Translations under genes and position numbers: made by a program | Notes under the pieces: generated by a model | What the model saw: only the letters and a program-made list of their open reading frames with translations | Database searches by the model: none | What the model was told of the DNA's origin: nothing | NCBI RefSeq assembly: GCF_006345805.1 | Contig: NC_042998.1 | Coordinates: forward strand, 168,888,001 to 168,952,000 | DNA length: 64,000 nt | Reading direction: 5' to 3' | Origin: Octopus sinensis | Taxonomy: Eukaryota | Shown here: in pieces, positions 38,074 through 55,739 of the stretch | Position numbering within the stretch: position 1 is the stretch's first letter | Layout of the letters: each line of letters starts with the position of its first letter

Positions 38074-38119
<46 letters not shown>

Positions 38120-38324
38120 TACATAAGCTAGCGTTTCAACAAAACAAAACGATAGAATAAGAACTAGGCTTACAAAGAATAAGTACCGGCTAACCACAAC
38201 GGTCATTTTGTGATACTCGAATGAACAAGTTACTAGGCTCTAGTAACTTTTTCTCGCTGGGTAAACCCGAGTGTCCTAATCGGGATTGCATAATTTCCGT
38301 AGAGTAAGAAATAGTATTAATAAA

Positions 38325-38520
38325 AATGACAAGGAAGACGAAGATTTTTTCACATCAATAATTTTATTTAAGTTATTTAAAATATTCTTTTCTGGACCTA
38401 AGCGTGTTTCACCTGCGTGCAGTCGATGCAGCTGAAAAGCGTGTAGGTACAGAAAAGGATGATGTAAATAACTGTTAAATAAAACTATAGATGTGAAAAA
38501 TCTCCGTTCTCCTTATCATT
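38325..38520. repeat. Degenerate ~92-bp inverted repeat (foldback)
   Basis: Arms 38325-38416 and 38428-38520, roughly 75-80% complementary by eye. Confidence 0.7.
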
Positions 38521-38780
38521 ATTATATAAAATCCGTTCTGTCAGTCTTTGTGTGTGTCTTCTAGGATCTCGGGCATCCTCCACCGGATTGCGCTCAAATT
38601 TGATATGTAGATACCGACGGTATCAGGGCGTGTATAAGTCTTGAAAAAATTATAAAAATCGATTCCAGGTTTGAATGCTATCGATAAAGCCGTGGGAACG
38701 TGCAGTTGTAAAATCGTTTTTCTTGAAATAGAAAAAAAGTCTATCTTTATTTCTTCTTTTGCTGGTGTCCCAAATTTAGA
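38516..38780 (+). mobile_element. Helitron-like non-autonomous 5' fragment
   Basis: TC...TATATAAAATCCGTTCTGTCAGTC...ACCGGATTGCGCTCAAATTTG has the same layout as the 5' end of 49860-50250. No 3' CTAG found. Confidence 0.4.
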
Positions 38781-38786
38781 TTAAAT

Positions 38787-38847
38787 CAGTGTTTCTCAAG
38801 GAGGGGGGTCTATGGGATGGTCGGACAAGTTGTTTTGAGAAAATTTG
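38787..38847. mobile_element. Very short hAT-type MITE
   Basis: Termini CAGTGTTTCTCAA and TTGAGAAAATTTG; 8-bp TSD GATTAAAT/GTTTAAAT with one mismatch. Confidence 0.55.
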
Positions 38848-39004
38848 GTTTAAATGTTTGACAACTCAGCACCGTCCATTGGACGGGGAGGGCGTTTTGC
38901 TCGTTATATATATGTATGTGTGTGTGTGTGCGCGTGTGTGTGTGTGTGCGCGTGTGTGTGTGTGTGTGCGCGTGTGTGTGTGTGTGCGTGCGTGTGTGTG
39001 TAGG

Positions 39005-39347
39005 TGCAGGCGTGGCTGTGTGCTAAGAAGCTTACTTGCCAACCATATAGTTCCAGGTTCAGTTTCAGACGGAAACTGAAAGAAGCCCGTCGTATATATA
39101 TTTACATATTTATGTGTGTGTGTGTGTGTGTGTGTGTCTTTGAGTCGATGTTTGTCCCCTACCATCGTTTGACAACTGATGGTGTATTTACGCCACCGTA
39201 TCCTAGCGTTTCAACAAAAGAGACCGATAGAATAAATACTAGGCTTACAAAGAATATGTGCTGGGGTCGATGTCTTCGACTAAAACCCTTTAAGGCGGTG
39301 CTGCAGCATGGCCGCAGTCAAATGATCGAATCATGTAAAAGAATAAA
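39005..39347 (+). mobile_element. SINE family B
   Basis: GGCGTGGCTGTGTGCTAAG...GAAAGAAGCCCGTCG-(TA/TG)n-...GGCGGTGCTGCAGCATGGCCGCAGTC. Confidence 0.88.
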
Positions 39348-39350
39348 ATA

Positions 39351-39381
<31 letters not shown>

Positions 39382-40149
39382 TATATGTCAACACATGGAC
39401 CTTACACAACTTCAATTTCTCTTAATCCTATGCGATATGATTAAGAGTTCGATCCTAATGCCAAGCACCTTGAGTGTCATATGAAATAGTTACACATCGA
39501 TCAAAATCGTAAAACTGAAAATTTAGATAGAATGTAATTACGCAGAAGCTCACTGGTTAGTAGGGACCTTAGATGTATTTAGCAAAGGCCAAATGATTGC
39601 AAGCATCCAGGCCAAGCCTCCGGTCCGAGAATAATTTAATTTCATGTTGTGCTGCTTCAACCGCTGCAATCATTGTCATGGTTTCTTGATCTCCCTTTGT
39701 CCTCCATTAGTATGGAAGTCCTGGTAATGTAATGATCTCCAGTTTTTTGCAAAACGATCTGGTTTCATACAAGACAACTTTGCGACGGACCAGGAGATCG
39801 TGCACATAACAAAACACAATAAAGGGCATAATAAAAGAAAAGTAAACCCAAGTAGGCCTATGACCTGTGTGTATTAAATTTCCCGACCACACCGAGGCCT
39901 TTTTTTTTTCTTTTGGCACGTTCACCATCCAATGCGCTGGTATGCCATGCCTGTCGCAACTTCACCATGGTGCTCATTTTCACTAGCTTAGTGGACAAGA
40001 GCAACGTGAAATGGAGTGTTTTGCTCAAGGAGGAAACACATCTAGCTGTCCTGGAATCAAACCCACAATCTTACGATAATGAGTGCAACCCCCCTGACCT
40101 CTAAGTCACGCGCCTCCACCGAGTGCATAATGTATGATTTAATTAATAC

Positions 40150-40370
40150 ATATTGGTTTCAAATTTTAGAAGAAGGTCAGTATTTTCGGGGGAGGGGTAA
40201 GTCGATTGCATCGACCCGCAATGCTCAAACTGGTACTTATTTTATTGAGCCCGGAAGTATGAAAGGCAAAGTCGACCTTGGTGATGTTTGAACTCAGAAG
40301 GTAAAGACGGACGAAATTCACCAAGCATCTTGTCCACCGTGTTAATGATTCGGCCAGCTCGCCGCCCAAC
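40150..40370 (-). mobile_element. SINE family A
   Basis: Reverse-complement head GGCGGCGAGCTGGC, body and tail2. Confidence 0.85.
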
Positions 40371-40480
40371 TTAATAATTATTACACACATACACCCACAC
40401 ACACATGCACGTGTACATATATATACATACACACACGCACACACACACACACACATGCACATGTACTTATATATACATAC

Positions 40481-40511
<31 letters not shown>

Positions 40512-41686
40512 AACACGCGCGTATATATATAATATTTAAATGTGTATATGCAATACGTGCATATTACATATATAATGCAAAAATACCCTACAGTCTGCGA
40601 TAGTCAATATAATGGAAATAAAATTGAAAAATGTATTCTTTCTAGGCTGCCCGGTACCAAATGGTTCGCAGCCCCGGAGGTTGTGGACCTCGTTGTAAAG
40701 GACATGGGCGCCACCAGGGAACTGACTAAAACAAACAAACAAACAAATGATGAAAGAAAGAAAAGAAAGAAATATGAAAGAAAAAGAAAAAGGAAAATAT
40801 GAAAGAAAGAGAACGTGCAAAAGAATGAAACATTCAGGGAAAGAAGATGCATAAACAATAAATAAATACATAAATAACGGATAAAAAGAATAAGGACAAT
40901 CAGGCAATGTTTTTGTTTGATGTTTTATAATGTAGTTAATGATAGAACCCCCCCCCCCCCCGCTGTTATTACTGAGGTCATTGATGCATACACTATTGCT
41001 GCTGCTGCTGCTGCTGCTGCTGCTGAGGATGATGATGATGATGATGATGAGTAACGTGGTAATATATAGCTATGGAGCTGCCGCCACTATTTCTGTTTGT
41101 AATTACAATGATTAGAGGGGGAAATCGCTGATGGTGATAGCAGCGGTGACGATGGTGATACTGGTAGAGGTGATGGCGATGATGAGACTGGTAGTGGTGG
41201 TGGTGGTGGTGGTGGTGTCGATGCTACTACTGGCGGAAGTGATGCTGGTAATGAGGAATATGTCGATGTGGCAGAATCGTTAGAGAGTTGGAGAAAATAC
41301 TCTGTGATATTTCTTTCCAACCTTTACGTTATGATTTCAAATACCGCAGCGGTCTTTAATTTTTTTTTTCTTTTTTGGGAGGTCGATAAGATAAAGTGCA
41401 AGTGAGGTAACGGGGACGAAAGCGTCGACTAACCCCTCCTCTCAAAATTGCAAGCATTTTGCCTAAATAAGAAATCATTTAAGGTGGACAGCAAGCAGAA
41501 TCGTTAGAGGGTCGGAAAAATGCTTTGCAGCATATTATCCGGCTCATTACGCTCTGAGTTCAAATCCCGCTGAAGTTAGTCCCTCTAGAACTACTAAAAT
41601 GAACTACCAGTCAAGTATTAACTCGATGTAATCGACTATTCCCCTTTCCCACAAAATTTCTAGCCTTGTGCCTAAACAAGACCCAC

Positions 41687-41734
<48 letters not shown>

Positions 41735-41735
41735 G

Positions 41736-42250
41736 TGAGTGAGAGAGCAGTGCATGCCATCAAAGTGACACTGGAGTAAAATATACGAAGCCCAATATAC
41801 CCATCATGACTACCCGTCTGATAAGGGTACACCAGGCACATGCATCACAACCACATATCAAGATAAACAGCACATGACCTTGCAGGTGGGGCTCAATTAG
41901 AATTTTCTTCAGTTCGAGTAACCCATCCCGCTCAAAAGGTCTCTGAATAAGGTTTGTTTAAGGATGTTGAACGAAACATACATGTTTCCAAAGGTGAATT
42001 ATTCAAACTCCAAAGAATACCTCTCAACACATGACTATGATGCTCCCCCACTACTTCTGCTCGTGATCAGCCACCAAGGGACATGCTCAACTGGTTAAGG
42101 TCAAATAACTGACAAGCAAATCTGTGGTATTGAGCAGAATATTTGCTGCAGCTCATCTTTTATACCATGACAAAACAATGTACATGATAACAGTTCCAAT
42201 CAGTTAAGATCAGAAGCTACGAGAGCCAATGCCTGGTATTGCATCAGGGC

Positions 42251-42296
<46 letters not shown>

Positions 42297-42631
42297 GAGT
42301 GAGAGAGCAGTGCATGCCATCAAAGTGACACTGGGGTAAAATATACGAAGCCCAGTATACCCATCATGACTACCCGTCTGATAAAGGTCCACTAGGCACA
42401 TGCATCACAACCATATGTGCGCGATATGGTGATCTCATATCAAGATAAACAGCACATGACCTTGCAGGTGGGGCCCAGTTACAATTTTCTTCTGGTCGAG
42501 TATCCCATCCCGCTCAAAAGGTCCCTGAATAAGGGTTGTTTAAGGATGTTGAACGAAACGCCCTTGTTTCCAAAGGTGAATTATTCAAACCCCAAAGAAT
42601 CCCTCTCAACACATGACTATGATGCTCCCCC
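41736..42631 (-). mobile_element. Element E, copy 3 (41736-42252, full) and copy 4 (42297-42631, truncated), separated by (ATT)n
   Basis: Both start GAGTGAGAGAGCAGTGCATGCCATCAAAGTGACAC on the plus strand, directly after (ATT)n. Confidence 0.9.
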
Positions 42632-42732
42632 ATTATTATTATTATTAATATTATAATTATTATTATTAATATTATTATTATTATCATAATCATTATTATT
42701 ATTATCATTATTATCATTATTATCATTATTAT

Positions 42733-43012
42733 AGACGTCGCACAGTATACAATATCGTGAGGTTGTTGAGTGAAGATGTTGTGTCAAGTCCCAACAAGGA
42801 CCTCTGACAGACAGTACTTTACGCAATATGCGTGCAGTTCCAAGTAATGCCGACTTTTGTTATATATCTAGATTGTAGGGTATCTCTATGGTTTTCAGAT
42901 GTTTTTTTTTCAGATTGGGTGGTATTGCACCCAATGCTCCAATGACAATAGGGATAACCTTTATGTCCGACTCTCGTAGCTACCACATCTTAGCGATCTC
43001 AATTCTCAGGTC
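42733..43012 (-). mobile_element. R4/Dong-like 3' fragment
   Basis: DLRIEIAKMW...KVIPIVIGALG...QKSALLGTARILRKVLS; the 3' end abuts degenerate (TAA)n. Confidence 0.88.
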
Positions 43013-43019
43013 TTATTGA

Positions 43020-43400
43020 AGGTGCCGAGCTGGCAGAGTTATTAACACCGCTGGACGAAATGCTTAGCGGTATTTTGCCCGTCGCTACGTTCAGAGTTCA
43101 AATTCCGCCGAGGTCGACTCTGCCTTTCATCCTTTTGGGGTCAATAAGATAAGTACTAACTGAACACTAGATTATTATTATCATTTTTGAAGGCAGGGAG
43201 CTGACAGAGTTGTTAGCACACCGGGCGAAATGCCTAGCGGTATTTCACCCATCGCTACGTTGAGTTCAAATTCCTCCGAGGTCGACTTTGCCTTTCATCC
43301 TTTCGGGGTCGATAAATTAAGTACCATTTGAACACTGGGGTCGATGTAATCGACTCATCCTCTCCTCCAAAATTGCTGCCCTTGGGGCAAAGTTTCAAAC
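43020..43400 (+). mobile_element. Two tandem SINE-A copies
   Basis: Two heads and two bodies. Confidence 0.85.
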
Positions 43401-43412
43401 CATTATTATTAA

Positions 43413-43456
<44 letters not shown>

Positions 43457-43459
43457 GTC

Positions 43460-44570
43460 CATCGACACGTATATCGCTCCCGTGAGTTTAACCACGAAGC
43501 GTTCACAAAAAGCATCGGGGACGGTACAGGATAATTCAATGTGGGGTTATTTAAAAAGCTTGTAAAAAGTAAAAAACAAAATTAGAAAAAGTCTGAAATT
43601 TAGCGAAGAATAATTCCACAAAAGAGGGAAACTACCCAGGGCTCCTCGTGGACACCCCACAAAATTACGTAGGTTCTGACCATTAAGGCAAGTACCCTCT
43701 CCACATCGTCTACAGGCGCATGCTTAGATCAGGCCCGTTAACTCGGACCATTCTTGCCACATTCACCCATCTTTTAACAAAATTACTGGGGACCGCACTT
43801 CTCTTCCTACCCTCACTTTACTTTTCAAATGAAACTTGAAAAAGTTGATGAGGGCTTGGCTAAAGGGAAAGTGTCGGTCTTCAGCCCTTTCAATCTGGTC
43901 CACCATACAACACATATATATACACTCATCACATACCTCTATAGTTCTTTCGCTTAGGCCACTAGTCAAAGGAACACCGCCTGCCTTTCCCGACCAAAGG
44001 AAGGCGGCAGGATGATCTCCGCAATGGATTCAGCCTATATCCAGATTCGTCCTACACCTGACAGCAGGTATTCGACATAAACCCAAAAGTCAGCAATGAT
44101 CGGGCATTGGACGAGCGCGTGCAGAACGGTTTCGTCGCTCTACGCGTATCTCGGGCAAGCCCGGCTGACAGCACATCCGTGCCTGTAGAGTTTATCTCTA
44201 CCGGCAATGCCCCTCCTTAGCACTGTCAGGCCAAGGCTACCTGAAAGCTATCTGTAGGCTCCTTCCCGAAAGCCCTCCAGAACAGACCAGCCTCTTGATT
44301 GTCATCGTTTTTCCCAAGAACATCGTCGCACTTACCTGCCACTAACCCTCTATACAACTCCAAAGTGGGATCTCCACCGACCGCATTACCCGACTGACAG
44401 AGAACTGTGAGTGTTTGACGGCAGACTAGGTGCCAAGCACCCTTCCTCGGTCTACGATTGATTCTCCCCTCCCCCAAAATTTCAGACCTTGTGCTTATAG
44501 TAAACCCCCACACTTTATGCCTGTCTCTGTATTGTCCCCCTAACCTTCGCCCTTGTGGCAAATAAATGAA

Positions 44571-44632
<62 letters not shown>

Positions 44633-44890
44633 CATCCCTCTTGTTCCTACTTCTCAGCTGTCACCGCTCCTCGACTCAAGGAACTAGGACGTTCTCCCAT
44701 TCTGCTTCCAGTTGTGGCAGATATCTGCTAAGAGGCCACCAAACAAGTCTGACATAAAAGTAAAGCTCAGTGGGTAGACCATAAAAACCAGGCGATTTTT
44801 CACCCATGCAACTCATCATTGCATCCCGTATTTCCACAGCTGTTATCTGCCTTTCGCAACGCTTCACCTCACTTGCCGAGAGTCGTGGCA
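43460..44890 (-). mobile_element. L1/Tx1-like LINE 3' portion, interrupted by a SINE-A tail + (ATT)n at 44440-44632
   Basis: KSPGFYGLPTELY (RT start); ACPRYA*SDETVLHALVQCP (C-terminal CCHC); end KRWVNVARMVRVNGPDLSMRL* homologous to 17140-17178; (AAC)n tail. Confidence 0.82.
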
Positions 44891-45187
44891 TGTTGTCAAG
44901 GGCGCATGGTTTAGTGGTTAGGGTGTTGCACTCACGATCGTTAGATCGTTATTTCAATTCCTAGACCGGGTAGTGCGTTGTGTTCTTGAGCAAAACGTCA
45001 TCATCTCACGTTGCTCAGCGATCACTTGGACCCCTGACGCCGTGTGGTACACAGTGCATCTGTTCAGACAACGCCGATTTGATAAAGAACAGGAACACAG
45101 ACATTTGGTCATTTTAAATAAATTATTTGTACATGTCGTTTGGCATAAAGCTGAACGCTCATACGTCGTTTTCGACGGGAGAGTCCG

Positions 45188-45236
<49 letters not shown>

Positions 45237-45240
<4 letters not shown>

Positions 45241-46400
45241 TAGTTTTATTTTTATTTTTATAGCGTGCTTTCACTTCACTACCGAGCGCAGCTCTGTGTG
45301 CCTTGGGTATGTGCTGTGATTTGTTGTGATGCTCTGATGGTTATTGTATGGAAAGTGTTCTGCGTAGGATGTGTGCAGTGCCTAGTAGTGCAATTTTCTG
45401 TATGTTATATGTGTTTGTAAGTCCTGGTGTTTTGTTATGTATTTGTCTGAATATTTTTTTATCATGCCTAATGCACCTACTATGATAGGAATTGTTTCTG
45501 TTTTCAGATTCCACATTCTAGTTACCTCTATTTCCAGGTCTTTGTATTTTGAGAGTTTCTCCATTTCTTTTAGAGACACGTTGTCATCTGCCGGTATTGA
45601 TACATCAATTAGAAAGCATTTTTTTTCTTCATGGTCTCTGACAACTATATCTGGTCTGTTGGCCTTAATTTCTCTATCTGTGTGTATCGGCATATCCCAG
45701 AGTATGGTTGCTTTCTCGTTTTCTGTGACCTTTTCTGGTGTGTGCCTATACCATCTTTTTTCTGTTGTTATTCCATAATGTTGGCATAGCTTCCAATGTA
45801 TGTAAGTTCCAACTCTGTCATGTCTGTGAATATATTCCTTCTTAGCCAGGACTGGGCAGCTAGAGATAATATGATTTATTGTTTCTTGTCCATCTCCACA
45901 TATTCTGCAGTTACTTGTAATATTTCTTTTCATTACATGTTTTTGGTAATTTCTGGTGGGGAGGCTTTGGTCTTGTGCTGCAATTAAAAATCCCTCTGTT
46001 TCTGCTTTGAGTCCTGAGCTTCTCAACCATTGCTGGGATTTTTCTTTGTCTATTTCTTTTGCGTTTAGTTTAGTCCAGTATTTACCATGAAGGGGCTTTT
46101 CTTGCCATCGTTTTATCATAGTTCGTTGCTGTTCTATTTTTAGTTTGGATTTCATTTTTTTTATAGCTTTTGTTGTTTCTTCATCTTCTTCTTCTTCTTC
46201 ATGTTTATTAGGTGGTATGATTTCTTGTTTGTATTTGTCAGCTTCCTTAAATACTGAGAACAGTTTTTTGTTTTGCTCGTGTTTTGCCGCTATCTGGATC
46301 AGTTTTCCTTCCTTCTGAAGTAGATATTTTTGCAGTCCTATGGTGGTTATTTTATAGTAGTTTTCCAGCTGTATAAGGCCTCTACCACCTTCTATACGTT
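45237..46400 (-). mobile_element. R4/Dong-like RLE retrotransposon, 5'-truncated, within (TAA)n
   Basis: 257-aa ORF: KPLHGKYW, GLKAETEGFLIAAQDQSL, CRICGDGQETINHIISSC, HRHD, RPDIVVRD...IDVSIP, KYKDL, IPIIVGALG. (ATT)n on both flanks. Confidence 0.95.
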
Positions 46401-46409
46401 GTATATATA

Positions 46410-46486
<77 letters not shown>

Positions 46487-46518
46487 CATCATCATCATCA
46501 TCATCATTATTATTATTA

Positions 46519-46560
<42 letters not shown>

Positions 46561-46655
46561 GGCGCTGGCTGTACTGTTTGTAATTCTAATAATGAAGACA
46601 AGGGTGACGATAGCGATAGCGTAGGTAATGATGGTTGAGGTGGTGGTGGTGGTGG

Positions 46656-46687
<32 letters not shown>

Positions 46688-47074
46688 CTGCTGTTGCTGT
46701 TACTGATGATGATGGTGGTGCTGGTGCAGGTGCTGGTTGCTGTGGTACTGGTGCTGCTGCTAGTGTTGACAATAATGATGACCAGATAATGAAGAAGCAG
46801 TAATAGGCGTGATCTTGACATGACCTCGAACACTGTTGAGATTCATACATCTGATGTCTAGACTGAACATCTGCAGGTCAACGTCAGCATTAAATAAACA
46901 GAAAGTGAGTTGTCATTCTTTCATGGTGAATATAAACGAAGGAGCCTTACTATACACACCGTTGCCGAGTCCGCAAAATAGATAAACCTCTCCAATCGCT
47001 CTTGCATATTTTACTTCGGAACAATGGGAATATGAGAAGTGTCTAATCATGGTGAAGAGTGTAGTGATGAATAC

Positions 47075-47700
47075 GTAGCGGCATTTCGTCCGTCTTTACG
47101 TTCGGAGTTCAAATTACGCCGAGGTCGATTTTGCCTATTATCCTTTCGGGGTCGATGAAATAAGTACCAGTTGAATACTGAAGGTAGGGATCAATGCAAT
47201 CGACGGACCACTTCCCCTGAACATGTCGGCCTTGTGCCAAAATTTGAAATTATTATTAATAAGACGGCTCGCTGGCAGAACCATAAGCACGGCGGACGAA
47301 ATGCTTCGTGGTATTTCGGCTGCTGCTACGTTCTGAGTTCAAATTCCGCCGAGGTCCACTTTGCCTTTCATCCTTTCGGGGTGGATAAATTAAGTACTAG
47401 TTACGCACTGGGGTCGATGTAATCGACGTAATCCCTTTGTCTGTCCTTGTTTATTCCCTCTATGTTTAGCCCCTTGTGGGCAATAAAGAAATAAGAATTG
47501 TTAGCACGCTGGACAAAGTGCGTAGCAGCATTTCGTCTCTTTTACGTTCTGAGTTCAAATTCTGCCGAGGTCGACTTTGCCGTTCATCCTTTCGGAGTCG
47601 ATAAAATAAGTACCAGTTGAGTACTGGGGTCGATGTAATCGACTATCCCCCTCCCATAAATTTCAGGCCTTGTGCCTATAGTAGAAAGGATTATTATTGA
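47075..47700 (+). mobile_element. SINE-A cluster (old copy, young copy with tail1, old copy)
   Basis: Junction AAAGAAATA|AGAATTGTTAGCACG at ~47490. Confidence 0.85.
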
Positions 47701-47714
47701 TTATAGTAGCGTTT

Positions 47715-47972
47715 GTGGAGGCGCGTGGCTTAGTGATTAGGGTGTCAGCATCATGATCGTAAGATTGTGGTTTCGATTCCAGGACCGGGTGATGCATTGT
47801 GTTCTTGAGCAAAACACTTCATTTCACGTTGCTCCAGTCCACTCAGCTGGCAAAAATGAGTAATGCTGCGATGGACTGATGTTCCGTCCAGTTGGGGAAC
47901 ACATACGCTATAGAAACAGGGAAACCGGGCCCATGAGCCTGGCTAGGATTTAAAAGGGCGCATTTATTTTAT
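47715..47972 (+). mobile_element. SINE family D, full length
   Basis: GGAGGCGCGTGGCTTAGTG...TTTCGATTCC...TTGAGCAAAACACTTCATTTCACGTTGCTCC...GCGATGGACTG...GGGCGCATTTATT. Confidence 0.85.
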
Positions 47973-48594
47973 TTATTATTGTAGCGGTTAGACGGTCTTT
48001 TCCTTGGCTTCGAATCAACTCTATTTCGAGACGAACATTTATTTCTTTGGAACATTTACCAGAAAGCATTCTAATTAACTGTAGATGTCTTCCTCTGATA
48101 TTCAGGTGTGAACCAAAAAGAAAAAGGTCTGTATTTACATACATTATATTTATTTTACTTTCACATTTTTTACGACACTTCGCAATAAAATGTTTACTAG
48201 ATCCACTCTTCAGCAAATTCGCAATACAGCTATACATACAGAGAGTGTCAAAAAGAGATTATACAACATAATGCACATTTACAACAAAATGAAATAATAA
48301 TGATGGTGCGTAGGCGTGGTTGTGTAGCTGATAGTCTTGCTTCCCAACCACATGACTTTCAGTTCAGTCTCGCAGCGCGGCACATATTATAGGCCCGTGC
48401 TGGCCAAAACATAAGAGAAGGATGATAAGCACACATATATATGATTTGTTCCCTACGTACGTTTCACTGTTACGGGTTTTTTCGGAACCTCTGCATTGTA
48501 CGTTCCAAATGCAATCCGATGCTTAACCACAATCGATCATCACAGGAACACATTATTGCACAATGTCTAAAGATAGATATAAATATTTTTTTAT

Positions 48595-48978
48595 TCTTTT
48601 ATTTGTGTCAGTCATTTGACTGCGGCCATGCTGGAGCACCGCCTTTAGTCGAACAAATCGACCCCAGGACTTATTCTTTGTAAGCCTAGTATTTATTCAC
48701 TTATTCTATCGGTCCTTTTGCCTAACCACTAAGTTACGGGACGTAAACACACCAACATCAGTTGTCAAGCGATGGTGGGAGACAAACACAGAGACACAAA
48801 CATGTACATATACATATACGACAGTCTTCTTTCAGTTTCCGTCTCCTAAATCCACTCACAAGGCTTTGGTCGGCCCAAGGCAATAGTAGAAAGCAACTTG
48901 CCCAAGGTGCCACGCAGTGTGTCTGAACCCGGAACCATGTGGTTGGTAAGCAAGTTACTTACCATGCAGCCACTCCTA
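48595..48978 (-). mobile_element. SINE family B, full length
   Basis: All three segments present. Confidence 0.9.
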
Positions 48979-49859
48979 TGTATGTGCATGAGGATTTCTT
49001 ATAGTGGGGGAAAGTTTTGCACAAATCCAATCCCACTCTCTGAACATGGACGATATAAACTCGGAAAGAAGAACTAGTCAGCATCATCGAATATTGTCAG
49101 TGTCGCAGGATTTCTCTCAGAGTTTCCCTCTCCTAGAGAGATGTTGTAACAACGACAGAGAAACCTCTCACTCCCAGTAGGGCAAATGTGCGCCTGGACA
49201 CCAACCCAGGTATTTCCACGTCCCCTCGCATACATACATGCAAATAAACACATGTACACATATTGTTGGATGGCCGTTGACTGGTCACGAGCTCTTCTGC
49301 CCTTTGACAGGTCTTATTTTTCGTCCTGCAGAGTGTCCAATAATCACACTCCTCAGCAAGCAATCTTGAGATTGCCAGTTTAGTCGTCGACGACATGACC
49401 ATACAACAGGTTGTACTGGGTTACATGGTACCAGTAGCGCCCAAGAGCGACTCGGCATACATACATACATACATACATACAGAGGGACGGACGGGCAGAG
49501 TCGTTGAGCGTTAGATAAAATGACCCACGATAATCGTTCCTGCCCTCCGATTTAAAATCACGTCGAATTTACTTACCAACACTTCGCAAACAATAAATAA
49601 GGTTCCGGGCGGTACTTCCTTTAACTGCCTCTCTCTTTCTGCCGCTCTAGCTTCTCTCTCTCCCTCTCTTTCTCCCTTTCTTTCTCTTTCCCCCCCCCTC
49701 TCTCTTCTTGGACGAAATATTCTGTTGTTGGACCTAGATATGTATGGGATCAATCAGGCCATATCCCTACAATACGGTATATTCCACAGCCTATGCTCTC
49801 TTAACGTAGATGGTATAATGAGTGCTACAGCGTCCGGGTTCATGAGCTCATTAATATAA

Positions 49860-50250
49860 TCATATATATAAAGCTGAAGTTGTCTGTGTGTGGCAGGTTT
49901 GGTAGCCTTCAACTAACACTATCTCCTCCGAGACCCTGCGGCGCAAGGTGACCAAAATTGAGAGTATGATAGAAGAAGGCTTGCTCTTCATTCCGTAGAA
50001 GATAAAATTCAAATCGGACAATGTTAAGACCAAAAGTTATTTACATCAAAAAGGTGCTTTTTTTTCTATGAAAATCTCTATTTTTTTACGATTTTTTGAC
50101 TGCTGTGTCGCCATTTTTCGATGTATTTCAACCAGAAAAATGTTCACCTAAAGAGAATAACAAGCTACATAATGCAAAATCTTTACTTTTCAAAAATTCC
50201 AATTCTAAAGGGTCGAAACAAACCCGAGCAACGCCGGGCGATACTGCTAG
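49860..50250 (+). mobile_element. Non-autonomous Helitron, complete
   Basis: 5' A|TC-ATATATATAAAG...TGTCTGTGTG; 3' hairpin CCCG-AGCAACGC-CGGG followed by CTAG|T; inserted between A and T with no TSD. Confidence 0.85.
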
Positions 50251-50544
50251 TTTAACTATATAGCAATGGAATATGAACAACTTCTTTAATGCAGAACTTA
50301 GGATCGGAAACATGTGTATACAGATGTACGTAAGGTAACATGTATTTTATTTCCAAATTATGTCATCTTTTACGTCTGTTGTTTATATCTTTTGTTTCTG
50401 TTTTTTAACATACTGCTATATTTCGATGAAAACAGCTATATTCAGAAAGCAACATATCATGTATAGATGTGCGTGTGTATGCATGTGTGTGAGTCTGTGT
50501 ATGTACATATATTTATTTGTATGTAAATGTATATGCATGTAGAT

Positions 50545-50550
50545 GCATAC

Positions 50551-50583
<33 letters not shown>

Positions 50584-50617
50584 TGTATGTATGTATGTAT
50601 GTATGTATGTATGTATG

Positions 50618-50646
<29 letters not shown>
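50545..50646. repeat. (TATG)n microsatellite
   Basis: Direct inspection. Confidence 0.95.
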
Positions 50647-50648
<2 letters not shown>

Positions 50649-51536
50649 TGGATCTCGAACAGAACTTCCAAGCGTGTCTTCAGCTGTTTGATCAGTTGAA
50701 CTACCAAGATCATAGAATTATCCTGAAAATTGTTGAGTTTAACGTACACGTGTACCAGTAATGTAATTCTCAAGCGAAATCAACAGCTCTACCTCCTTTC
50801 ATCCCTCTCTCTTTCCCTCTCTCTTCCTTTCTCTCACCCTTCCTCTCTTTCTCTCTCGCCATCTCTCTCTCTCTTACGTGTGTCGAGGGAGAGAGAGTCT
50901 GTGTATGTGTGCGTAAGTGTTCATGTGTGCATATGTGTGTGCGTGAGTGTGCCTCTGCGTCTGTATGTGGACTTCGTTGTGTATATATCAAGAGTATCTA
51001 CGTTGTTGAAACGCACTGATTCTATCCATTATCCCACTAAATCATTTTACCTCCGCCGTTCACTCTGTCACTATTCATCATTCTTATATATGTATAGATA
51101 TTTGTGTGTGTGTGTGTGTGTGTTTATTAATGTGCCCATACGCACACTCGCACACACACACATGCACACACGCATATACGTGCAAGCACATACAAACACA
51201 CTCATACACATACTTCTAAACTCCAACTGATTGTGTATTGTAAGTCTGATGGCTTTCTACAGTGTTACTCAAAGTATAAAGACACACATTGGAAACAATT
51301 ACAATTGTTGTTTTTACTCATATACTCATGTTTTGATTTTGATTTTCCTGTTTATATTACTAAACCAATAAACATTGTCCTTAATTTTATACATATATTT
51401 AAAATGTCCTAACATCCGACACGCTCCGCTTTTTTGCAATCTCAGTAGCTTTTCTTCCGTCCGGGGGAGGGGTTCCATAAAATAAAGCGCTACTTGTTAC
51501 TTGAATCGATATAAATCGGCCGTTTACTTCCTCCTA

Positions 51537-55600
<4,064 letters not shown>

Positions 55601-55739
55601 CCAACAATCTTAGCACCCTAAACCATTTTCATGTCAGACAATTTTCCCGCGGCCGGAGGTATTATCTGCATCACAAAACACAATCATGTGTTTAATATAT
55701 TATTTAATTAGTACCTATATAATGCATATATATTACATA

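Noticed and set aside
48106-48126. Possible 21-nt micro-exon (TTCAG|...AAAAAG|GTCTGT)
   Set aside because: Such AG...GT pairs are common by chance.
50648-50761. Protein-like frames on both strands next to (TATG)n
   Set aside because: No convincing splice pair or homology.
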